Positions 47,801 to 59,256 of a DNA stretch of 64,000 bases are shown here, one piece after another. Location of the stretch: contig NMRA01000024.1 of the NCBI GenBank assembly GCA_002633005.1, forward strand, positions 451,803-515,802, written 5' to 3'. Position 1 is the stretch's first letter; the number at the start of each line of letters is the position of its first letter. The translations under genes and the position numbers were made by a program. The notes below the pieces were generated by a model that was not told where the DNA came from, searched no databases, and saw only the letters and a program-made list of their open reading frames with translations. The DNA is from Phoronis australis (lineage: Eukaryota > Animalia > Phoronida).

Positions 47801-50800
47801 AGGTGCTCCAAATTTACTTTACCTGTGGGTCTTGATGGAGTGTTTCTCTAAAATTTGTCCTGGTGTCTGGTGATTTTTGGGTCTTAAGAAACCGAGATTG
47901 GACATTTTTTGCTGAACTGCATTGGTGTTTGAATCATTTGCCTGCGTTTATCCTGTAAAACGCCAAGAATTACTTTTGCCTGTGTCTAAGTGGCTATTTT
48001 TCTGCTGTCTTTTTATTCTTGCCTGGTTAAAAAACAGTTGTTATTGATGACGTCATGTAGCGTCAGTATGTAAGAAGTTACAAGATAATTGGTTTGGTTT
48101 GGTTTGGTTTAGCCTGTTTGTTGTTGGAGGGGGGGAGTAAAACATGGCCACTACATCTGACACACATACGGCACATAGTTAGTGTCTCTGTGTTGTATTT
48201 ACCACCACGTGAAGTGTGAACGCGGTATCAAAAACTTTGAATTATCATATACCGGTAGATCTGATCTGTGAGTCCATCAAAACCAAGCTTGTGGTATTTT
48301 ACTCTGAAGTCGGTTTTCAGTGTTCCGCCATTGCACAAAGCTCTAAAGTAGAAAGTTATATCGGTTTGTATACTGTTAGCTTGGCATTGGCATTTAGTGT
48401 CTGTGAACACAAGAGCAGCCTAGCAAATCTTTGTTAATTTTTCAGTTGTCTGTCATTGAATATCTTTGTTTTTGTGAAGCTCTGGTTTCAAAACCAGTCT
48501 AAACATTGCCAGTACATGGAAACATGAAAATGGAAATGCATGCATGACCCTGAGTTCAAATTTCGTTGAGAAAGTTATTGGGCTAAGGTCCCTTGAGGAC
48601 TGGAAAATTTGTGACCTTCAAGTGAAATGTGAGGCCCGCTATCAGTGGAAAATGAATTAATGAACGATTTCAAAGTGACTGACAAACCCTGACAGCTTAC
48701 TGTACTCCTAGGGTAAACGCTTGTGTTGGCTTAAAGTTCACCCCGAAATTTTCCAAATTTTCACCTTGGAATGCATGCCCTTGTTGAATGCTATTTTATA
48801 CGGCAGATACTTCTTTAAAAGTGTCTTTGTGAAGGCCTGACTTGTAAATGCCTTCACAAAATTGGTTTTAAATTCCCATGCTTGACTTGAAGCTCACCCT
48901 CTTATTTTTGAGTTTCTGCCTTTAAGTGACCAGGGGCGTTAACTGAATCTATCCAGACCCAGTAGTCGGGGATAAACGTTTGTTTTCCTAGTAATTAATG
49001 ATGATCACCGGGGAGGTCTTTAACAACATTGTACATCCACTGGATGTGCTTGTACTGTAAACTTTGCTTGTGTCTATATCCATATTTGAACACTGACCAT
49101 CTCATGTAATTAAGTTTGCGCAATCCCAACTGTGTAGTTTGAAAATAATCATTGGTCTTGCTTTGGGGATGCTTTCAATAACTCAAGGTTCGCTTTCCGC
49201 ATGCCTAGACAGAGAAATTATTTCTTCCCCATGAGTTACTTTATACTTTATTTTTACAATTTTATTTTATGGGTTTAAAAACATGTCAGTTTGAGGATAA
49301 TGGATAGTTGCCAGATCCAGCCTTATGGCCAAATGTATCTGTCAGGGGTCAGACTTCATGTTTTTGGTGACAGCAAATGCGAACGAGCTGAGAGGGGATT
49401 TGGATCCTCTGGACCTCTCGCTGGATCCGTGTCTGTACTTGGAGAATATCTAGTCACTTTAATCTCTTGTCAAGCACTGATAAAACAACTCTGTACTTGG
49501 ACTAAAGCAAAGATTTAATACTAAACCACCACCAAACTCTTCAGGATTAACCTTGTCAACAGGATTCTCGAAAATTATAGATGAATGATTTACTTTCATG
49601 ATTTATGTTAGCCAAATGACAATGAGAAAACCTCTTGTTTGACTTTTCAACTACTCAAACATTGAGTGATCGAGTTAGGCTAGGAAAATGATTTACCTTC
49701 TGTGCCGACAGCGTTAATTGACACTTAAACAATCAATACTAAAAGAGGAATGTTGTCATTTGGTGCTAAATTGACTCTACTGGTACTCATCTTTTGCGAT
49801 GTCAACATTCACCAGGTTGTTGGCATCATTTAATCTCCTGCTTTCAAACAAATACCAGGTTAATAAAATGATTGAAACTGTATACAATAATGACGACTCA
49901 GTTGAATTGGTTTTCGCACGAAACGTGAACACTTCTTGCTTAATTTGGTCTTGGTTCGCATAGCCATGTGTTACTCGGAAACGATTGCGTGAATAGACAT
50001 GATCTCTGCACGCTGTCTCAATGTGAGCAGTATACGACTGTTTTCTCAAAGAATTTTTTAAAATTAATTACGTTCGGTATATGCTTAAAATCAAAAGTTT
50101 ATTGTACCGAGAGGTTAGTTCCCTACAGTCAGTGAATACTGGGCACAAGCTTGGCAGGATCAGGTCAACTGTGGCCAATCACAGAACTGTCACACCATTA
50201 ATGTTCCAAGCTGAACAGGATTGATTTACCTCCAGAGATCTGACATTTAGGCTGGCTTTTATTGATGCCCAACAATGCTATTCACAAAACGTTTCATTTT
50301 ACAGCGTCTCCGACAATGTGAAGTTTAAATGTGGGAGGTTTTATACTTGTTGCTTAGGCTATTAACGATTGTTTCCATTGTAGCACTTGGTTTAATGTGT
50401 GTGTGCATGTATTACAACAAAAAACAGTCAGTGTCTGTTTATACAAACTATTACAGCCTGTGGTGTTTATGTATTTAACAAGAAGACAAGGACACATATA
50501 GATATTGCGGTCATCAATGAATAAATATTGTCTATTTGTCATCCATTATTCTGCTTGCGCTAAAAACATGAGTGGGAAGGATGTTGTGCGTTTGCAGGAA
50601 ACTCATTTTAGATGATGTAGGATGAATGTCAAGGTTTTGGAAATATGACTTGGTTGTTATGGCAACTATTTCTTCCATTAGATTTGCCAGTTATTCTTTT
50701 GGGTCTACAGTTTGACAGCCTGAAAATGTGTTATCAAAGACTTACTGTGTTCATCAAAACACACAACTGATAGCCAAAAAAGTTCAAGTTTTGTACAGTC

Positions 50801-50860
50801 TCAAAATTTGGCACACAGTAGTGATGGTAGGAGTCTGAGCTTGAACTGGCACTGTGGCAG

Positions 50861-51050
50861 TTAAAGGGACAAGATCGTTTTTGTGAGCGAAAATTAAGTT
50901 TTGAGATTATTGTTGGTTGAAGTAGACTTTTTGAAGTTGTAAGCTTTAAAACAATAAAATCTGTTTCGTTTTTGTGATTTTATTACAAATCGTCAGTTCT
51001 CGCCATTGTCTGCCAGACATTGACTGAGATCAAGGCTGATGTCTTCTCCA
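50861..51050. mobile_element. Kolobok-like non-autonomous DNA element fragment
   Basis: Starts ttaa-agggac. Colinear with the reverse complement of 31980-32165 (attattgttgg...ttgaagtt.taagctt...ttctcgcc.ttg.ctgccagacatt...gatcaaggc). Confidence 0.6.
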
Positions 51051-54000
51051 TACAAACCCATTTAAAATACTCTGACATTTAACAAACTGGATTTGTCTCC
51101 ATGGTAAAGCGTTCCGCTGTTTTTAGGAGCCAGTGAGCTCAGCTGTGTGCCAATTTCTGTAAAATTGCTTCTCTTGTCGAGAATATGTTTCTGGCACGTT
51201 AAGAAATCAAAATCCATCACGATTTCTTTTTGTTTTCATTGGTAAGTGCAAGTTGTCGATTTTAGTTAAGACATGGTAACATATACATTAAGGAATCAAA
51301 GTATACATTTCTATTTAGGAAATGTTTGACTCAACAGTCCAGGTCATTGGCTTCACAATATTTGCATAAATCTAGCCTGCTTATCAGACTAGTGTTACCC
51401 AATTTACTTATTTAATACTGTGTAATACTTGATACATAATGCAGTCATGGCTTGTGATATGTTAATAGTCATAATTTTATTGACAGTTAAGAACATGGTG
51501 GACAAAATATTTAGTTAGTCATCATAATTGCCGCCTGTTTGTTAGCGATCAGCCTTCATCATAATGTTAGATGTGCGTTTAGAATTTCATTAAAGAGCAT
51601 GAAAGGTGCTATATACCGATGGAAGGCGGAACGTTTTGAGAAATGCAAACGACTGAAGTCTATAGCCTTGTCGAGAAACGTGCCGCACACATTTTATTGT
51701 AACCATTTTCAATTTGAAGGATACAAACCCTCTACCAAAACATTGTGCACCTTTATAAATCCCTACCTTAAGTTAGTGACATCATTAGTTGTTGGAAATC
51801 GGAGAACCTGCCAAGAGGAGGCGATAGTAGCAGGAGACAAAGGTAGTTCATCACTTTATTTACGACATGTTAAGATTCTTACAGATGACCCCTGAGTAGG
51901 AGAGGTAAGACGAAGACCCAGTGTATCCGAGGGTTGGGGGGGAGAGATGGGGGCATCAGAAATATTTATATATGTGTACATATACATATACATATACATA
52001 CATACATTTATTTTTGTGCGAAATAAGTGGAGTATTTATTACCTTGCCAGGTTTTGCACATGCCCCTATACTAGAATTTGTTGTCCTATCCTTCACAGCA
52101 ATGTGGAACTGGAGTGGGCTTGAAGCCTGATGAATTGAATTAAGATTATTATATAGGTATCTACTTGACATGTGATAAACATCTAGCTGGCGCTGTTCAC
52201 TTCAAGTGGTGCCCTTCTTTACTAGGGCACTGACAGATGGCTTCCCATGGTCTCTCAATGGAGCTGGCTAATTTCTCTGAATAACTTGATGCACAGCACT
52301 CTGGCCTGCCATTGTTGAGGCGAAAATTAAAGCTTTTAAGACCCTCTTACAGGGACTGGGCTTTTCTATGATAATGAAGTGTTTATGTCAGGCTGGAGTG
52401 ACACTGAGGAGATGGGTCAGAGATTTGAGGATTATGTGCTATCTAGCTTACCTGTTGTGGTTATCACTCTACCTGCTGTATGGTATGTAATTCTAGGTCA
52501 CAGTTGAAATTATTAGACAGGATTATACTGGATAACAGGGCTTAGGGAGAAAGCACTTACTGTGTTTTTGACAAGAGGTAATTCTGCTGACAGTTGCTTT
52601 TCAACAGAGACATTATTTGCAAGAAATGATATGTAATATAGCCAATTTCGCACAAAAATAATTGCCAAAATTATCCCTCCTTTATTTTCAAGGTCTTCTA
52701 ATGTTGCGAATGGCCACAGTTTTTCAAAATATTTTCTTATGGAAGCTGTGCTGCAGAACTTGAACATGGCAAAGTATGAATTTGACAGTGCACATCTGTT
52801 ATGAAAAAAGTGAGAAAATAAAATTTCGGTTGTCCACCACATAGTGTCCTAAACTGGTCCCATTTTGCCCTACTTTGTTTTCTCATCGCATTGCTCTGTA
52901 CTTAAAAGTGTTTGTCAAAACACTTCGTTGTTGATGTAAATTTTTACAAAGTTGGAATTGTAAAATACCATACAGTTTGCAGTGGTAGGCTGATCATATA
53001 TGGCTACCATGATGTACTTTTGATTTTGAGGTTAGGTATTTAAAATAAATGTAAAACAAGTTAACTTCCAAACTGCGTGCATTATCTGCCAGTAGTCTGT
53101 CTTCAGAGATTATTCATAACTGGGTCAGTTAACCTAATCTGAATAATCCCTGACTTTTTGTCCCACCAATTTATGTTGGTAAAGAGTTGGGTCTTCTTGA
53201 ACAGAACGTAAATTGTATCGAGACGTTTAACGTAATTGCTATTTTATTGTTGCCCATTTCCTACAAATAAATTCAAGCACGCTTGAGCCTGGTATTCAGT
53301 AAGTGAGTGGACGCCCTGGGTTATAGAGGTGGTTTTAGATTACCGACAAAGTCAACTGTTAAAAAAGCTCATTTGAAATTCAACCTCTAATTCGTGGCCT
53401 CTGGCAGTGGTATACTTGTTTCATAGATTGTGTCAGGCCTCATATTCGTCACTGTAATCGAGGTGAGGTTGGGTCTGAAGTTATTCTAATATAGCCTACT
53501 GCTACTTTTGACGTTAATTCACGAAGTTTTTATTCAAAAGTTTAATTATGGACAATGGGAATTTTAATAGGCATCTGTGAACTATTTTGGGAGGTGCACT
53601 TATTTTTATTGAACATCTGGTTGGTTTTAGGAAAGGTGATTCTAAAAATTTAGGCAGGAGAAATCTTAAGTCTCTTGAAACAATGTTGCAATTTATAGTT
53701 TCTGAAATTAACAAAAGATACACTGGAGGCACAAATTGAGTTTTCAAAATAAGCCGCGTGTGTCTTTCAGTCTTTTCAAACGATGTATATGATATTTAGA
53801 TCTTGTATCAAGCATTTTCAACATATAAAGCAGTTATAAACTCAAGTTTCGTCGTAGAAGCGAGCTTCGATTAAAGCACTTTTCATTATAAATTTGGCCT
53901 CGACTTTACCTTGGTTTGCAGAGAACGGAGGTTTTTCGTTACTGCTTGAGGCTGTATTCCACCCACAAAATAACGGGCAGGGACATGGCATCACATAGAA

Positions 54001-54804
54001 ACTGGCGTAAAGCAATTATTAGCTGTCTTTTGGAACCTCTGAAATCCTATCCAATTCGAATAAAAAATTGCGACCAATTTCATAACGGTAATTGTTCTAA
54101 ATCAAAAGTTGTTTTTGTGATATAAAAGAGTTAAGCAGTAAATAAACGTAGGATGTAGAAACAGTTGTTACGCATCCTTTGAGCTTGAACACCTACTGTG
54201 ATCCAATCCATAGCCTTTCATGTTTCTCTTATCAGTTGACATCAGCTTTGCTCAGCTGACATGGAAAGTAAATTGTCAGTTCAGTGCTCTCTTCAGTGAC
54301 AATTATCTTGTAGCAAAAATAACAAATTTATTTAATCCTGAGCAGTGTTTATAGAGTGTTGTATAAGTCTTTGTGTCTCCCAGTTAAACCAATGTCTGGT
54401 CAGTGAGTAAGGTATGTAATTCCCTGAGACAGCCCCATTGTTATGGGGAATTGCCTAAATTACCCACATCCAAGCCACTGTTAATTCTGACTTTTATGCC
54501 AAATTAATATCCATGAAGGGGGAGCAGCCAAACTTCTTCAAGTGTAACGAATTCCATTAATGTTTGAATGCACCAAAAGCCCCTGTGGTGACTGGGTTGG
54601 CATTTAAAGTTTGTGGAGGGGGATGTTGATCCAATTTTGCTTAGCAATTTCCAATGAAAGCTTTACTGCCTGCTGTTGTTCAGTGGCCTGCAGACTCCAC
54701 TGTCAACCTTTGTTTGTGTAAATTTAGCTCAACTTTGGTTTTGCCCACAAAAACTGTGTCAGTGGATAAGGTACGCTTTTGCCTGAAATCGACACTCAGT
54801 TGTG

Positions 54805-54906
54805 AGTATGAGTATGAGTGTGTGTGTGTGTGTGTGCGTGTGTGTGTGTGTGTGTGCGTGTGCATGTGTGTGTGTGCGTGTGTGTGCATGCGTGGGCGTG
54901 TGTGTG
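54805..54906. repeat. Compound (GT)n microsatellite
   Basis: Direct inspection; source of the HTHT/VCVC ORFs. Confidence 0.95.
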
Positions 54907-57511
54907 AAAAAGCTGCGGTTGTGAACCTGAGTAGAATTTTTATCTGGCAGTGGTTGATTAGAAATGTTACATAGCCGTCTAACTTTCATTTTACCCTTTA
55001 ACTCCATGCGTGGTAATGCAATGAGACTATTGATAAATGTACACTATCAGAACAACGCAGTGTAATTTAGCCCAAAAAGTTCTTCTTATCTGAGGTAGTA
55101 AGTCACTGGTCGGTCAGTTTCATGTATTACTGACTAAAATCTTCAGTCTGATAATAAAAAACATTTCTTGCTGCATGAGTGGTGTAGTAAATAGTATAGT
55201 AGGGTTACCAGCATTGATTAAATAATCCACGTGTATCACTTAAGAAATTGATATTTGTGGTAAAACATGTAATTTGAGGAAAACCAATTTAATTTTAAGA
55301 AGATAAATGTATGTGTTGAAAGGTAGTCATAAGGTAATCTCTTGAAATCCAGTGAGAAAGAGCCACTGAGGATTGTGTACAAATATTGTTTGGCTTCAGT
55401 GCATACCTTGTCTTTCACACTTAATTGATCACATTGTGTGCTTCCCACAGGTTTTACTAACTGTTAGTCCTGCAATAAACATCCATCCACAGACAGCCTG
55501 GCACTGCTGTTGAAAACTTCCTATGGGAGGAGAGGCTGTCACCAGTGTCTCAGTCTGTCTCACAGGAGCCCAGCCACAAGGGGCAGTTGATTGATGGGGG
55601 CATAACTGTATGATGACAGTATAATGAAGTCCCCTGGACAATAGGCCTGACTAGCCACTGGAGCCAGAAGCATAGGTTATCTGCAGCCTCTCTGGCCATT
55701 AGATTGCTTGGTTATAGATACCTGTATTGTCACCTGTTTCACTACTCAGACCTGTTGTCCACTAATGATGGCTTGGCCAATTTATCAACAGTCCCCCTCA
55801 CAGGCTGGATCTACACTGCTGTTGTTGTTATTGACTAGTCATTTGTCTATAATTATCTCTCTGGTCAGCTATTATTACATACTAGGGGTCTGCCCCATTC
55901 ATTTCAATGGGAAGACTGAGGAGTTCTCAACACAAGAGGTCAGCACTAATCTGCTTCCAGTCTCAGTGAGGCAGGCTGGGAAGAATGGTTTGATGTGTTC
56001 GTGGATAGAAAATGTCTTTATGGCGACTTTCCATTTTTAACATCAGAATCATCAAAATAAAAATTTCTGTAATCTTTGAATGGACGCATGCTTCTGTTTT
56101 GATAAAACCTCAATTATAATTCTTTTTTCTGATAAGTATTCTTTTAAGAGCATTAAATGTCATGTTACAAAAAATTATGAACTGTGCTTTTTATTTTCAA
56201 TGTTAAAATCTTAGACTATTCTTTGAATAGTTATTCAGTGGTGTAATGAGTTAAAATTAAAATAGCTCGACTCTTCAGAATATCACCTTTCAGAATTGTA
56301 ATTGTAGCACCACACTATTGAAAAAACCTGCGCCTTGAACCACAAACATTTTTAACCCCAAAACATGGCTGATTTAGCTTGTCGCGACAAATTAGTTCAC
56401 CGACTTTCAGTTGGTAGACGGCTACAATGGAATCTTTCAAGCGCGTCTAAATTGATGGTGATTTACCAGCCATTGTCCCTAATGTCCTGGGACCCCATTG
56501 TTTGTTGCCAAATGGATTATGCTTGTCATTTTTGTGAGTGGCCCCGCTTTTTGCGACGGGTGATTAGCGATCAAATTGCACCCATTCAAACTGGTGGTTG
56601 AGATAACCAAACAGAAATAAGTTGAAATTTCATGAAATTGGGAATTGATAAAAAACGACAATAATTTGAGTTTTATTTTTTTGTGTAATCAAAAATGGGG
56701 ATTTTGCATATTTCTTGGTTTCATCCCAGAGTGATAGTAGCTACATTTTCTGCTATTTTGCACAAAACTGCTAATTGCTAAATTGATGATTTTTCCATTT
56801 TCAAAGGCCGATCGATCACTTAAGTACATTTTAAGATCCCGTTGAGACATTGTTTCAGTAATTAATTGGATGTAAATAAGCCATCAACAGTGTGAGAATA
56901 GAATACCAAATTTACAACTCGTTTGCTGTTAACATTCCTCTAGCTGCACTTACATCAACAGGATTCTGTAGAAATATCCAGCTTGGTCTAACTTCACATC
57001 GTCATATCTGAGAAATGGCTGATCGAATTCGTATGAAATGTTCACATACTGTGCGCTTTGTGCTCTGTACTCCAAAATTGTGCGAGGATTTGTTTTAAAA
57101 TGTTACACTTTTGTATGAGGGGTTATAAAAATAGGGGTTTTATGATTTCCATGGAAACAATCATCAAGTTGCATAAAATGGTATTTTTAAGATTTCATTT
57201 TCAACATTCATATCAAATGACATTCGGCCATATTATGAACACTTTTGCTTTGTAATGAGTGCGCCTTTCATGACGATTTGACCTAATTAATGTGAAATTG
57301 CCATAAGGTCAAAATTAAAAATTCACAAGGTTTTTAACTATATATACTTTTTCTGCTTTAAAATTTATTGTTATATAGATTTTTTAGCTAAATGCTCACC
57401 TTTTTGGGTAGGGTCCTACATGCGTAACTTTAGGGGATGTTTGAAGATGGACAGCTTGTGGGGTACTTTTTGACGAAGCGTACTGCTGGGAAATGGGCAT
57501 AGCACCCTTTT

Positions 57512-57914
57512 AAGTCCCATTTAGACATCAACTTTTGGCCTGGCACAACTGACACGGAGCAAATTGACGGGTGTCAAGCGGCCGTTTACACACACAATTC
57601 ACTAACCGTGGCGAGACGGAAATTAAAGGCTGGAGGGACTGGTTCGCACATGCGCAGGTTTACAAATGACGAGAGCTGCAGAGACTAAGAACCGATACGT
57701 AGGTCATTGCACAAGCGCAGTAGAGATGATCCTTTCCGCCTTACTCCAGTTTCGCGTTTAGACTTATAATTGACACAGCGCTAGATGTTTGGGCGCAAAT
57801 TACTCTACCTCACAAACGGGTGTCAATTTGCTCCGTGTCAGTCCGTTTACACTCTGGAACAACTTGTTCCGTGTCAGCTGATCCGTGTCAACTTTGTAAG
57901 TGTAAATGGCACCC
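57512..57914. mobile_element. PIF/Harbinger-like MITE
   Basis: Termini cccatttagac / gtgtaaatggcaccc; perfect 21 bp internal inverted repeat actgacacggagcaaattgac (57548-57568) / gtcaatttgctccgtgtcagt (57822-57842); ccgtgtca subterminal repeats. Confidence 0.75.
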
Positions 57915-59039
57915 TAGAGACATTGAGACTATATGGTACTACCATACTCTTAATTGAGGAAGCAAACTGACAACTCAGGAATACGATTTCCTGGTATTGG
58001 TCCAGGCAAATTCAGTGGAATTTCACAATTACTGGTAAATCGTTCCCAGTGCAAACATTTTTCTGAAAACATAACAGGATTACTTCGACTAAATTTCACA
58101 TGGGAACGACACTGTTGATTCCCTTCTTCTTTATGTCTACAGGTTTGAAATGTTTTGTACTGTGAGCATATTACATAAATTTTACCTTTCAGGCCTTATC
58201 TAGACTAACATAGACAAAATCGGAATGAATTCATTTCTCCTTTGTGTCTTAATAAGGTTTAGGATCAAGATTAACGAGTCAATTTCCCACCAGCAAGTTA
58301 CCGGAGTCCGTATATCAAACCTTGATGTGCAGCCAAAGTAATTGATTGAAATACTTCTCATAGTGGTTTAAGATTAATTTTTCGCTAATGAGTCTAATTT
58401 TATACAATGCTAGCAGTGACTTTCAAATATTGAATGTTTTGTACATTAGCTACACTAAGCAGTTTTATTTTGCCAACTGATACGCGAGTTATTAGGGAAC
58501 GAAGCGGATTATCCTCAGGGTAACATATCTGAGAACAAATCCCATAAGGTGATTGATGGCAATAAGTATACAGTAAGGGTGGAATCAGGGTCTCACAAAG
58601 TTGCCAGAGGCATGAAGATGTCGGAGCCAACCTGTATGGCTGGGATTTGAAACAGAGGTTTTATGTATTATTTTATTAAAAACAGCTGTAAACCCACCCA
58701 TCTGCCACAAAAAGACTTGATTTAGATAACGTACTGTTGTGAAATTTGTCTAAAATAATTCCTTGGTTCAAATCCGTATTCTCCATAACCTGCTGTGTTT
58801 CATTTCATCTCTGAATTTTGCCACGACTAGATCAGCTCAACTCTGTTGAGTTTGAAAACCATGCAACGAATTTGAAGTATTTGGGAGATTATTCCTTTTC
58901 TAAGGAAACTAGGATGTTTTGGCCTTATCTTACCAGTTCAATACAATTATTCTAAGACTTAGTACACAAACTCACCACAGTATGGACGTGTACTTACAAA
59001 CACATTCATGAATTTTGTAATCACCGTTGATTTTGAATT

Positions 59040-59256
59040 TTTTGCTGTGGAGATAATATATATGTGTTTGAGCACGACCCCAGAAATCTCTTTCTCATTA
59101 TATCCAGGTTCTCATTCACACCCTTGCATACATTCACTAGTAAAACGGAGCTCAGAGGAGTAGAAGACACCTTTTGTGCAATGCACGATTATCAGCCATT
59201 GAACCCAGATCTCCCGAACAGGAGCCGGGAGCTCATACCACTGAGCCGTACTGTGT
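59040..59256 (-). mobile_element. Degenerate tRNA-derived SINE
   Basis: - strand reads cggctcagtggta (A box) ...ctcccgg-ctcctgt-tcgggag (anticodon arm, CCT)...gggttcaat (B box), then a SINE-core-like tactcctc..gctcc...ggtgtgaatgagaacctgg. No intact acceptor stem. Confidence 0.65.

Noticed and set aside
54654-55007. His/Thr- and Val/Cys-rich ORFs
   Set aside because: Products of the (GT)n microsatellite.
59194-59256. Functional tRNA gene
   Set aside because: No acceptor stem, degenerate T arm and a SINE-like body downstream.
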